From Lytechinus pictus (lineage: Eukaryota): a DNA stretch of 64,000 nucleotides. Location of the stretch: NCBI RefSeq assembly GCF_037042905.1, contig NC_087246.1, positions 7,008,001-7,072,000 of the forward strand, given 5' to 3'. The translations under genes and the position numbers were made by a program. The notes under the pieces were generated by a model. It saw only the letters and a program-made list of their open reading frames with translations, did no database searches and had not been told where the DNA came from. This document shows, piece by piece, positions 52,838 to 64,000 of the stretch. Each line of letters opens with the position of its first letter. The stretch's first letter is position 1.

Positions 52838-53491
52838 ACATGTAGCAGAGCGAGACTATAGGCGCTGCGGCGGCGTCAACATCAAATCTTAACCAAGGTT
52901 AAGTTTTTGAAATGACATCATAACTTAGAAAGTATATGGACCTAGTTCATGAAACTTGGGCATAAGGGTAATCAATTATTACTTAACATCCTGCCTGAGT
53001 TTCAAGTCACATGACCAAGGTCAAAGGTCATTTAGGGTCAATGAACTTTGGGCATATTATGGGGTATTTGTTGAATTTCAATCGTAACTTTAAATTTTTA
53101 TGGAGCTAGTTCATAAAACTTGGACATGAGAGTAATCAAGTTTCACTGAACATCCTGTGATAGTTTCAGGTCAAATGACCAAGGTCAAAGGTCATTTTTG
53201 GTCAATGAACTTTTGCCATGTTGGGGGTATCTGTTCAATTATCATCGTAACTTTGAAAGTTTATGGATCTAGTTCATGAAGCATAGACATAAGGATACTC
53301 AAGTATAAATGATTGTTTTGCACACATCTTAGATCACATGATCATGGTCAATTTGGGTCAATGGACATTTTTATTATCATATGAATGTTTTCTTTTGTGA
53401 ATAATTATTCAAAAACTTTTTTCAAAGTCAGCACTGCTGCTGTATCGAATCACGTTATGCAGGCGAGACTGCCAGAGGCGTTCCACTTGTT
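52838..53491 (+). mobile_element. Helentron-derived non-autonomous element (HINE/DINE-1/Tsp-like) with about 163-bp internal tandem repeats, 5'-truncated
   Basis: 5' gcagagcgagactataggcgc + (GGC)n; units begin taactt..aa.t.tatgga.ctagttcat at about 52921, 53085, 53248; 3' gcaggcgagactgccagaggcgttccacttgtt ending in TT. Confidence 0.7.
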
Positions 53492-53735
53492 ACCAATTTT
53501 TTTTTAATGCATCTAGCTAAAAAAAAAAGAGTTGTTTCTCATGTTAGGAAGCACCTTTTACAAGCCTTATGAATATGCGTCATGTTGAAAATCTGGACAT
53601 CGTTCCGGTAAAATGGGATCAAAGGCGTGATATTTGGCTTGTGACTTTTAAAAAGTGACATTTTTTATTCTGACTTTGATAACTGAAGCATGGCATAAAA
53701 CTTTTCCGTAATATTCACTTAGATTGGCTCAGTGT

Positions 53736-53990
53736 GGGAGCTTGTTGGCTCAGTCGGTAAAGCGTCTGCCTGTCGAACCGACTAGGTCGTGGGTTCGAGT
53801 CTTCCCCGGGCAGATGACTGAAGCCTGTATTGTATGTAAACGTGTCCCTCCCCTGTTCCATAGATGCAGGCTATGCTACAGCGGAAAACATTTCATCCCT
53901 CAGATAGGACGTAAAATGGAGGCCCCCGTTTGGAGGAAAGTCACCTTCTTTGCACATTAAGAACCCACTGCACTATTCATATAAGAATAA
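53736..53990 (+). mobile_element. tRNA-derived SINE with Deu/Nin-like central domain, 3'-truncated
   Basis: Pol III A box TGGCTCAGTCGG (53746-53757), B box GGTTCGAGTC (53792-53801); downstream ggacgtaaaatggaggcccccgt...aagaacccactgcactatt resembles the Deu domain (from memory). Confidence 0.75.
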
Positions 53991-54354
53991 GTATGTGTAG
54001 TGGTCCACCCTAACAAAAGTTGATATGAATAATAATGCATGTTAGTATTTCCAAAAGTGCTGAAATTGAAAAAATCTTGTTCATGGTTTTAAAAAAGTGT
54101 TTAGAACGTCCATTTGTCATCTCAGGATATTAAAAATGTTCAGGTCACGCTTCTCGCTCGCATTATTTATTTGGTGAGATATCATCTTCACGAGTCACTG
54201 CAAACAATCTTTAACAGTTCCGTTTTCAAGTCAGTAGGGCCTAGATTACAAATTTTAACTCGCGCTTCTCGCTCGATTTTGTGAAACGGGTAAAAAAAAA
54301 ACCTAAAAGTTTCTTTTGCCCCCCCCCCTAGTTTAAAAATCCTGGTGCCGCCAC

Positions 54355-54538
54355 TGCTTTCATTTGCATGTAACCGAGTTGTGCATATATAACTGTTTCG
54401 TGAAAAATAAGAGAAACTTTACAATGTCATGATAACTTTCTTATTTTTCGTCCGATTTTGTTGAAATTTTCAGCATTACCCTTGTTTGATTTTTCTCTAT
54501 TGATTCAAATCAACATTTTTCTGGGGTGAACCTAACCT
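54355..54538. mobile_element. Right-end fragment of TTAA-type MITE
   Basis: ataactttcttatttt...ttgtttgatttttctct...ctggggtgaacctaacct followed by TTAA (54539-54542); related to the 44180-44310 end. Confidence 0.55.
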
Positions 54539-57166
54539 TTAAGAGGGACTCCCCCGAACATCCCTGAATTATACCGAATCACTTTACCTGTATGTGACGG
54601 AAGACAAATGTACCCCCCCCCTGTATTATAAGAAATACGCACCCTGTTCATGACCCAAAAAAAAGCTCGCATTATTTGATTGGGGAGATATGTATCCTCT
54701 CCATGAATAACTGCAAACAGTTCTTTAAAAATTCACTTTTAATGCCAATATTTACAAATATTCAGCTCGCGCTTTGCGCTCGCATGAAATGTTTTGCATC
54801 TTGTTCATAAGCACAAAAAAATGCTAAATTTTTTTAGGTGAAAAGACATGAAGAATTTGAGCTCACATTATTTATTTAGGCATTATAAGAAACCTCATCT
54901 TGCTTGTATGAATTATAAGTCTAAGATGTATTAAAAACATCACAGGTCTGCCCCTCAGTCAAGGCCACAAAAAATATCAGTTTTAAGCGGCCAATTCGGG
55001 AAATTGTGGATGAAAATATTTTTACCCCCTCAAAACTTAAAGTGTTCCCGCGTGCATGTATGACGTCAAAAATTAAAATGTGAAAAGCTCAATTACTTTG
55101 TGGACAGATTTTGGCCAAATTGTTTTATTGAAAGCGACTTTCAATTCTAATTTTGCCTATTAGTTGCTTTGTCAGCTCTCCAATAACAGGCACTGATAAT
55201 TACCAACCACGCGTACACATCGACAACCAAGGTAGTCTTTTTTTCCGGGTGTTTCCCCCATTGTTTTTTATTTCAAATAATGCAAACATCATGTTGAAGG
55301 TTGATTTCTCCTTGTAACTATCGTATTATACATTGCTGGAAGGGTAGAATCATAAATAAAAATCATTAAAGTTTGCACTTTTAAAACACCACCATTATCA
55401 TTACACAGGCCTAGATATGAGGATGGCAGAAAAATCACGGATAAAATATTGATCGTCTTGATCAAAAAGAGATAAAGGGGATGTGGGGAAAAGAAATAAC
55501 ATTGAAGACAAACAAAAATTAAGAGAACTTAACATTTTAATTAACGGAACATATTTCAAGGTTCACACCTCATCATCAGCCTAAAATCGTAAACAGAGTC
55601 ATGGGATTTTATACATTTTTTTTATATCAGGAAAATGTGGAACAGGATGACTTTAATTCAAAACTACATCCAAAATGTATTAATTTTCATGACTCTGTTT
55701 ATGATTTTAGGCTTATGATGTCTTCAAAGTTGATATCGTGTCGTTCTTTTAGAAAGAAATAATAAAAGTTTGAGTAGAGTAGGGTCGTGTCAACCCTTCC
55801 GACCCATGCGTGAAATAGGTTTAGCGCCATCTCTTGTCGCTTTGTAAACATGACCAAGGTATCACAGGCCTAATTCATTTCCCATAGACTCGTGTGTTAA
55901 AGTGGCACTTAAAAAAAATTCATAAAAAATGAGGAGGAAATTCGAGGGTTGAATGTTTACTACCAGTGGATAGGATATATTATGTCTGACATTCCATATC
56001 TGACCAGAAAAGGGTACCTCGACCTGCTCATTTAAAAGATAAATCGGCATTTATGAAGACTACACCTGACGGGATCATATTCATCACTTGAGAGAGTAAA
56101 ATGGCCCTAATTCTTCAGCCAGTAAAAATAATTTTTCCATAGTGGTGATATATCTTTCCAATTTGGAAAAAGGAAGTTCAGGAGGTTCCCTCCCTAGAAT
56201 CAGTCTTAGATTGTCAGTCATATTCATTGATTTTTGTCAATCAGCAATATCAAATTTAAAAATTGAGAATGGGTTGGCTTGAAGATCTTTTGCCTGCCAG
56301 TTGTAATTAGGCCCGTGCAACTCCAAAAAACGAAATTGACGTTGTAGCCTCCGTGATGCCAGTGGTATATACAGTAGGCTATGCATGGATAATATACATT
56401 TGAGTGCAATTCTCAGCCACTCAAAACAAAAGTTGTCAGGACTGACAAAATTTCAGAGGACAATGTTGATGAATTGGATGTGGAAGATAGACCTGTTCAA
56501 GCATTCTTTGCTTTCACAATTAATAGAGTCCACCCAATCATGAAGGTGCATTGAGTGAAACTACAACTCATCTGCCATCCTTTTATTTAATGATAATTCG
56601 CCCAACAAGTAACACGTACAGTATGAATTAGTGAACTGATCCCACACACTCACTTTTGTGATCTTAGAAATACATGTAAAGTATGAGATTATAATTTTAG
56701 GTTTGGTACCAGCATGATTTAGCTTTAGATCTCAAAGAAATTCTAAAATGTTTGATAATCTGTGATGGTGCCACATAACCCTGCTCTATTAGGGTAGACA
56801 GACCTAGGGTACAGACTCACAACATAAGAAAAAAAAGGATATTAATTTTATTTCATTTTCCTTTATTTGATTTAGCTCCATTGTATGGCAAATCACAGTT
56901 CTTTATGACCACGGACTGGGCTTTATACAACATTGGAATAATTCATTCAAAAACTAGAAAGGAAATAAAAGGACAGATAATCACAATTGCCCATTCAATA
57001 CAGCGTTCAGTAAAGCAAACAAATGTGTGAAACAGACAGGAATCCACATTCAGGGTTGGTAATAAATTTGACTTGCTTTAAGCATAGGTTAAGCATTGCA
57101 GAGTATACAACCTCTACCAACATCTACAGATGTTAAACATTATGATGAATACACCCCCAACGCCAA

Positions 57167-58068
57167 ATAAATAATAATAATTGCTTATACAGTGCGTCCT
57201 ACAAAAAACGAAACCGAGATTAAGCGATGATTTATCATAACTTAATCACAAATACAATAGACAAATGACCTACCAATGTAAAGCTTAGAATCTCCTCTTT
57301 CATCTGATATTACTTAGATTATTCCTCATTCACGCATGAGTGAGCAAAACAATTTGAAGAAAGGATACCAAAAACTCATTTGGCGGGGGGTATCTGAATT
57401 TCAAAAAGAAAATCACATGCCTAAAAAGTTCAATATCTGCTTTTATTTGATACCTCAATCACAAAAAATGGTCAAGAAGTAAAAAAGTTATGTTCCCTTG
57501 AAACAATGCTTGCATTTCCATAATTTCATTAAATAAACTGTTTTCACCGGTTTCCCACAGAAGCTATCGCATGGTTAACAAAAGACTTTATGCATGGCTG
57601 ATCGTCAACAAAACGGATTGTCAAGTGAGTTTGAACGCTAGCCTGTAGAACCTCTTAATTTTTATTACTCATGCGTGAATGAGAAATAATCTAAGTAATT
57701 CCAGATGAAAGAAGAGATTCTAAGCTTTACAATGGTAGGTCATTTGTCTATTGTATTTGTGATTAAGTTATGATAAATCATCGATAAATCTCGGTTTCGT
57801 TTTTTGTGGGACGCACTGTATAGTGCTTTCTTTATCAGAAGTCTCTAAGCACTATCACGAATCCAGAATTACCCTGGCTTTGGCAAAGCAGCTGTTACCC
57901 GCACTGCATGCCAAGTTATAAATTTCCTACCAGGTACCCATTCACCTCAACTGGGTTGAGTACAGCACAATGTGACTAAATTTCTTGCAGACAGAAAACA
58001 TGCCATGGCTTAGAATTGAACCTACGTCCCTCGATTGAAAGACAACAATCAACCACTAGACCACAACA
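57167..58068 (-). mobile_element. tRNA-derived SINE (reverse orientation) with (TTA)n tail, split by a TA-MITE
   Basis: (AAT)n at 57167-57181; after the MITE: tagtgctt..tctaagcact..ttaccctggct..caggtacccattcacctc..; degenerate B box (aattgaacc) and A box (accactagacca) in reverse at about 58013-58063. Confidence 0.65.
57190..57818. mobile_element. Tc1/mariner-type MITE (TA TSD)
   Basis: TA CAGTGCGTCC(T/C)ACAAAAAACGAAACCGAGAT ... ATCTCGGTTTCGTTTTTTGTGGGACGCACTG TA; about 150-bp highly similar TIRs. Confidence 0.9.
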
Positions 58069-58354
58069 AAGGTTAATTATAGTGACTATACCATGATTGC
58101 TATAGATATTTGCAGGATGTGGTACTAAGATCATTTCCTTGATTAATTAACGCCTGAATTATTCTGTCTAGTCTACAATGATCTATAGGGGTAGAAGGAA
58201 GTCATAAAGAGTCAAGTCGCATTATAATTCCCAGTTGGGTACAGTTAACCATCAATATATCACCACATTGGTGCTTTGCATGACTAAATTGCACTCGACT
58301 CTTTGTGGAAGAAACCCAAGATATTCACTTCTGGACATTGATCTCTTGCTAAGT

Positions 58355-58502
58355 ACAAGGATCATTGCAGAAAAAGTTGCGTTTAAACGCAAGTCAAAAT
58401 ATCAAGCGCAAGTCCCAAATACGAGTGCTTCATTGGCAGAAAATCTAGTTGCACAAGATTTGAGTTGCGTTTGATCGCAACTCTTTCTGCAACGGGCCCC
58501 AG
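58355..58502. repeat. Short palindromic interspersed repeat (MITE-like)
   Basis: ttgcagaaaaagttgcgtttaaacgcaa pairs with ttgcgtttgatcgcaactctttctgcaa. Confidence 0.55.
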
Positions 58503-60672
58503 TACTGACAAAATAGTACAGAGATTGTTCACCTTTTTCTATACATGTAATTTCGTTCTTATTTCTAGAATTTTATTAACAAACATTTCCGAAAAAAAGC
58601 CAAACATATTGAAGACAGTATATTTTATATCAATTCAGTTTGTTTGCTATAATATTCAATATATGACTTGGTCAATCTCAATTGTTTAATGATATAATAG
58701 AGAGCAGAAGAACATTTGCATTCAATTAACAGTCAAACTTAATAAGAATGGTGATGCTTTAGCATCTGACACATGAATTATTAAATATAAAATATATTCA
58801 GCAATAAAGACCCTTTTAAATGCAAGAGAACAAGCATCTTTTTTTCAATGTGAGTAAATAATACTTTCAACTCTTCACAATCAATGTTTTTTACTTGCCA
58901 TATACAGTCTTACCATTGAATGTACATACATAAGCAGAGTTGATTTGATCAAATAAAGTCAAACAGATCAGACGAATGCTAACTATTTGATCTATTTTGT
59001 TTCTGTACATCCCAGTCACCCTTTATTAATGATGCAGGGAAATTATAGTTATTTAGTCTAATATAATTTGGTGTAATACCAGTTTGTTCAATTGCCAGGT
59101 TGTCTCACATACTAATGCAAATTACTTTCAACTAAGGATTAATTGTTTCAATACCAGCTAAGGTGGTCAAATACCTTACGGAATAATTGCCACTACGTCT
59201 TGGTTTCTTAACGATTTGGTCTAATTCAGAAATTTTCACTTCGCGATTACCGGACCACTGATGGCGTATCAGGCCTTGCAAAATGACACATGGATACCGC
59301 TATGAAAAATAAATATATTTCATATTTATTCATACATAAATTTGTATCAATATTACTTATGTTAAAAGTAGCAATTTTGGGACAATTAACAGGTATCATA
59401 TTGACAAATTTTGGGTGGGGTTCTGCTGAAGCCACTATACAATGTAATGCTTTGCTCGCTATACTTGATGGATAGTAGCGCAGTAAAGACTTCCAAATAT
59501 GGCACTTATCTTCAACAAAACTAATTGAGAACCCCTGGTCTACTTTGAGAAAAAAAAATCCCAGAACATTTTTTTTTCATCGTTATTCTTGATAGAGAAG
59601 ACAATGGAGCTGAAATGACTTCATAACTGGATTCCTGTAAAAAGTCTCAACATCTTCCTTGTAGCCCCATTTTAAGTCTATAATGGAGTGTCATCATGCT
59701 GAAAAGACACTTCGGGAATTCCAAAAGATGCAGCTCAGACATTTGATGAAGTGCATATCATGTAAAAAAATTTAAGGTCAAACAACAAAATATGTCAGCA
59801 ATTAACTGTTTAGATACTGCTGGAAAAAGGAACAATGGGCATTACATAATGAAGAATCAGCGTAGATGGTAAATTCACTGGAATTAAAATGACAAAGCAG
59901 AGAGAGCTTGTCATAATGAAGTATTCTATATTTTCAATCCACCAACCAATGTAAACTAGTCAGGAACCAAATGATATGGCTTTCACAGCATTGCTACCTC
60001 TTTTGGTAATCTTTATTTAAAGAGGTGATAGTAATTTTTCTTTACATTAATATGTACAACCATGAGATTTGGCAAGGAAAATGGCTATTCCAAACTACAA
60101 ATATATTATGTGGAATAGCTTTTCTTTTTCTTCAGAAGTGCACAAATCAGATGATTATTTATATCACCATCTGATAGACGTGACCAGGGCTTGAACCACA
60201 AACGTCTGCATCAATTTGTAACTTCCCCACGTGGCTTGGATTACACATGCCAAAACGCCCAGTTCAGGACTTTATCAACTGACATTAAAAACTGGCAGAC
60301 TTTATCACCTCTCCTCAAGGATATGCAAAGCTAATTGTTCATTTCCAGTCTATTACCAATTAAGGGATTTCAGTGCTTATCTCCATCTAACATGATACTC
60401 ACGCATTCAAAATGTCCATATCATGTTTAGAATTTAAGATCATTTGTGTGATGTAGAGTACTTGGTAGGGCTTTTTATCATAAGTCTTTGTGCCAAGCAT
60501 TAACAAACAAAAAAAGGATTTTTGTCCTGAATAGGATAATACTGCAGTTTGGAATACCTTAGAAGCCCAGATAAAACAAAAGGAATCCAGACAGAACAAA
60601 CATTTATTTAGCATTTCTCTTTAACAATTTCACAAATAAGAAATCACATAGAATCACTTACAACATACGGTA

Positions 60673-60872
60673 GGGCAATTTCATAAAATATGTACGTCCG
60701 ACCCCATGTTTGTGGGACCATCATGTAATTTTCTGTCTCTGATTTCTAGTTCTTTGGACAGTCTGTAATGCTCTCAAATGATCATGAACTGGTCAGTTTA
60801 TGAAGTGAAGTAAAACTTGAGAAAAATGGGGGTAGGATGTACAAAAAGTTTGATTATTTTATGGAATTGCCC
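60673..60872. repeat. Short MITE-like element
   Basis: gggcaatttcataaaat ... attttatggaattgccc inverted ends; TSD not resolved. Confidence 0.5.
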
Positions 60873-61210
60873 AGTAAATTCCATTTCTGATAAAAAATAA
60901 TCTTTACATTTCCTCGCATTGATCTCTTTTCACCAATCCTTCAAATAGCATCTCCTATATACATATCATAAAGAAATAGAAATCTACCAGCTAACCCATT
61001 TGGCAGCAGTTCCTTTGTGAACCTTTCTTCTAAAGATTCAAGCTGAAGACTTTAGCCTGTTGCATACTGGAACCAGCAAGTCCTTATACAAAACATATGG
61101 GGATTACAGAATTCAGTGGTCATCAGGTCAAGTGCAGGATCCGCTGTGATGATGGAGTATAAGAGCACTGTTCTGTTTAGACCTTTCCTTGAAGAAAGGT
61201 TAGATTGCCC

Positions 61211-61450
61211 TCAGAGTGATCCTAGTCTCTCTCCTAACCTGATCTTATCTCCGCTATTGAATACAAACTCAAAGTCTTTTGGTGCCTCAAAGACAAGCAC
61301 AATAGTTGAACCTAGGTTGAAGGTACCTATACCAGTTCCTTTGGTCATTACCACACCGTCTTGACCAATGCTCTCTTTATGACATGACGTCAAACTCTTG
61401 TCAAAGTAGATCCCAGGTTTGTACTTCCCTGTGAGGTTCGTGCACAACTC
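61211..61450 (-). CDS. PISD: Phosphatidylserine decarboxylase, terminal exon with LGST autocleavage motif
   Basis: cctcag acceptor; ELCTN...[19 protein letters not shown]...GERLGSL-stop; 240 nt, phase 0. Confidence 0.96.
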   Translation of the reverse strand, partial: ELCTNLTGKYKPGIYFDKSLTSCHKESIGQDGVVMTKGTGIGTFNLGSTIVLVFEAPKDFEFVFNSGDKIRLGERLGSL

Positions 61451-61877
61451 CTGAGGATGGACAAAAGTAGATGATAATTTGTATGTTACACAGCATACAC
61501 TCTTTAGAAGTTTGGACGAGACATATTCTGAAGTATGTGATTTCTCTACCTATGTGTATTAAATTGGTATATATCATCCAACACTCCATTTTTCACAAAA
61601 GTGAAGTGATCGACTGAACGTTTCAATTTCATCAGCATTTCATAAAATTATTTGTAAGTTACACATGATGCAAGACTGGTGACTTGTTCTGTTCAGCCAG
61701 AGCCCATTTTTTTCCAATTTATATCATGGGAGTGAATTTCAGACAAACCTTAATCTAATTTTGACAGGTATTAAAGTTTGCATTAAGATGATTTTAACAC
61801 TCATTTCAAACCTACAAAATCTTTTAAATGTAGCTCTTGGGAATGAAAATGATTAAGAATGTGATTGACTAGAATAT

Positions 61878-62035
61878 CTGGTGGGTGTTTCATAAAGTAA
61901 ATGCAAGACTGTATGCATGACTGGAACATGTTCTTAGGTGCAAAGTCAGTTACATAGGGATATATCATTTAGCACAAGAAAGGGTCACTAGTCACATGTA
62001 AAGTCATTGAACAGCTTTTTGAAGCACCACCCTGG
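61878..62035. repeat. Short MITE-like repeat in a PISD intron
   Basis: ggtgggtgtttcataaag ... ctttttgaagcaccaccc imperfect inverted ends. Confidence 0.45.
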
Positions 62036-62095
62036 TTCATACTAAAATAATCATTAAGGTAGGGATTCAGAGCCTTGGTTTAAATGAAGTCATAC

Positions 62096-62256
62096 CTGAT
62101 CACAGTAAAATGCAATTGATCCTACATTGGTGGCGCCAACGGCAGTCAGGGAGAAAAAGCCATATTGCCACTCTCCGGTGATACACACCCTCTCATTGTA
62201 GTTGAATAGACCTCTTACCCATCTAGCAATACCAGGATTAACAGACAACAGTTCAC
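62096..62256 (-). CDS. PISD: PISD exon (GELLSVNPG...NERV...VGATNVGSI...DQ)
   Basis: ttgcag acceptor, CAG|gtatga donor, 161 nt, phase 1/0; NERV and VGATNVGSI motifs. Confidence 0.96.
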
Positions 62257-62919
62257 CTGCAAAAAGACACAACATTACATCAGTTAGTACTCCTGACAGT
62301 ACAATTAACTCTAGGAATATGAGGACAGTCATTAACTATTTTGGTATAATCACATCAAGGTGCTTACTCAAGCAGTACAACAAGAAAAGGATATAGTATG
62401 TCCACTGGATCAATGAACTCAAGCTGTAGATGTAAACATCATCCAAATCCATACAGTTCAAGCTACACACTTTACACCTATTGATCCCAATACTTTAGGC
62501 AACATACAATGTAACCTGCACTTCAGCTTTCATGCAATGACATTTGGACAACGAACTGAAAGTAAGGGAGTTTCAGTCAGGAGTCATTGTAAAGGGTACT
62601 AAAGCAGTTAACTCACCAAAATTGGCACAAGAACAGACTCAAACGAATCCTAATTTGTCTTAGGGGTAATGTTGAAAACCAAATGCCAAAAAAGATGGCG
62701 AGTTCAAGCTACATCAATTCCAGGACAATTCCACTACTACTTGAGTGTACATGTATTTCATGTGCGTACATACATATACAGCACATGCAGTGGAAAAGAT
62801 ATACATGCATATATTGCCAAGGGTTGAACCCAGCTGACTTATTGTGCGATATTACTGACAGTAATTCTAACATAGTGGTTAGGGAGAATTAGAGAGAGGC
62901 CTTCTTGATAGTAATATAC

Positions 62920-63064
62920 CTGGAAAGTGTCTTCTATGATGTGCAGTCCAGTTGGTTGGTGAATGGAACCTATGGTAGTCACCTGGTGCTAGGTAAATCA
63001 CACAATGATAAAGACTAGTGCCCTCTTTCTGACATAGAGAAGAATGATAGTCCTCATCAGATAC
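62920..63064 (-). CDS. PISD: PISD exon (VSDEDYH...[17 protein letters not shown]...RRHFP-G)
   Basis: tgttag acceptor, CCAG|gtatat donor, 145 nt, phase 0/1; [13 protein letters not shown] catalytic His motif. Confidence 0.96.
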
Positions 63065-63502
63065 CTAACAAAGTAGAGGAAAAAACAAGGATTTACTATC
63101 ACTGTAGCATATGGGTTCCATAACAAGAAAGAGGAACTAAAGGGTATTTTATACAAATACTAGAAAACTGAAACTACAACATGAACTTGTAATATCCTGG
63201 TATTTATTTCTATTTGTATACATCTCTACTTGTATAGATTGTGTGCTTTGCTATGTGATTCTTCGTTATTTATATTTTCTCACTTTCCAATAAAAATGCA
63301 ATATAATATAAATTGAATTTTAGACATGACAATTGCTTTTTAAAATGTTCTTGCAAAGGACTAGTCAATATCTTCATCAAGACAAAATCACCCTGGACAT
63401 ACTTCCAATCTAACCTTACTAAATGCATCACCTGCACTCTAAATTGTTATTCTAGTCAAGCATGGTACTGATCACCAAAGAAGGAAATGCTTTCATTTAT
63501 AC

Positions 63503-63646
63503 CTCATACTTGCCATCTACAGCATCTGTGATTGTAGACCTTGGTCCTAAGAATTCTTTGAGAGAGTAGGTGACTCCTTTGACTTGCTCTAGCTTGCTCT
63601 TCTCTACTTTACCAAAGTGGAGGACCCTACCATCACAAGGGCTCAC
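63503..63646 (-). CDS. PISD: PISD exon ([12 protein letters not shown]...[16 protein letters not shown]...KYE); gene continues beyond the window
   Basis: ttcag acceptor, GAG|gtataa donor, 144 nt, phase 0/0; SPxDG (catalytic Asp) and EQVKG.TYSL motifs. Confidence 0.95.
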
Positions 63647-64000
63647 CTGAATGGGGTAATGAAAAAAAAAACATACAAATAAGTGGGGTCTTCAAAAATC
63701 AAGGAGAAATTTTTCCAAACTTCTGTTCACATGTGACAAACATTTTTAGGAAGTGGGTAACGGTTGTCCGTTGTTGTTTTCAGATTTTTCTAGTTTCCGC
63801 TGTCCCCACAATTACATATAAATGCTGGCAGTAATTATTCAAAGTATCGAAAGCTGTTTGCATCCTCTCAAAATTACATCATATAGAGAAAACATAATCT
63901 GAAATGCTCTGCAAAATGTAAATAAATCAGCTGATGCGATTTTGTTTTTGACCAGTCACTTTCTAGAAGAATCAATCAATATTGACACAATAAAACATGG

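Noticed and set aside
53736..53815. Functional tRNA gene
   Set aside because: A and B boxes are present but acceptor and anticodon stems do not pair, and SINE body follows.
61116..62396. Plus-strand ORFs 61116-61364 and 62202-62396
   Set aside because: Antisense shadows of PISD exons.

Overview
AT-rich, intron-rich animal genomic DNA; the repeat families suggest an echinoderm/sea urchin, which is inference. Two protein-coding genes converge tail-to-tail. (1) The last seven recognisable coding exons of an AUTS2/FBRSL1/Tay-family gene lie on + (28713-42571). No upstream exon was found in 1-28712, which is probably one large intron. (2) The last four coding exons of phosphatidylserine decarboxylase (PISD) lie on - (63646-61211). 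The rest is intronic/intergenic and rich in transposons. The most striking structures are two large, sequence-unrelated foldback-type DNA transposons (3381-11654 and 48583-52734). Both have TAGT...ACTA ends and 3-bp target duplications (Academ-like), and the second carries a decayed transposase-like remnant. Both have a left end exactly 10 bp (about one helical turn) longer than the right between the terminal tip and the subterminal repeat, reminiscent of a 12/23-type rule. Both carry arrays of palindromes matching host transcription-factor sites (RFX X-boxes in the first, paired octamers in the second). Also present: TTAA-, TA-, TAA- and 7-bp-TSD MITEs, tRNA-derived SINEs, a Helentron-derived (HINE-like) element and candidate intronic enhancers. 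Most short ORFs in the supplied track are spurious.
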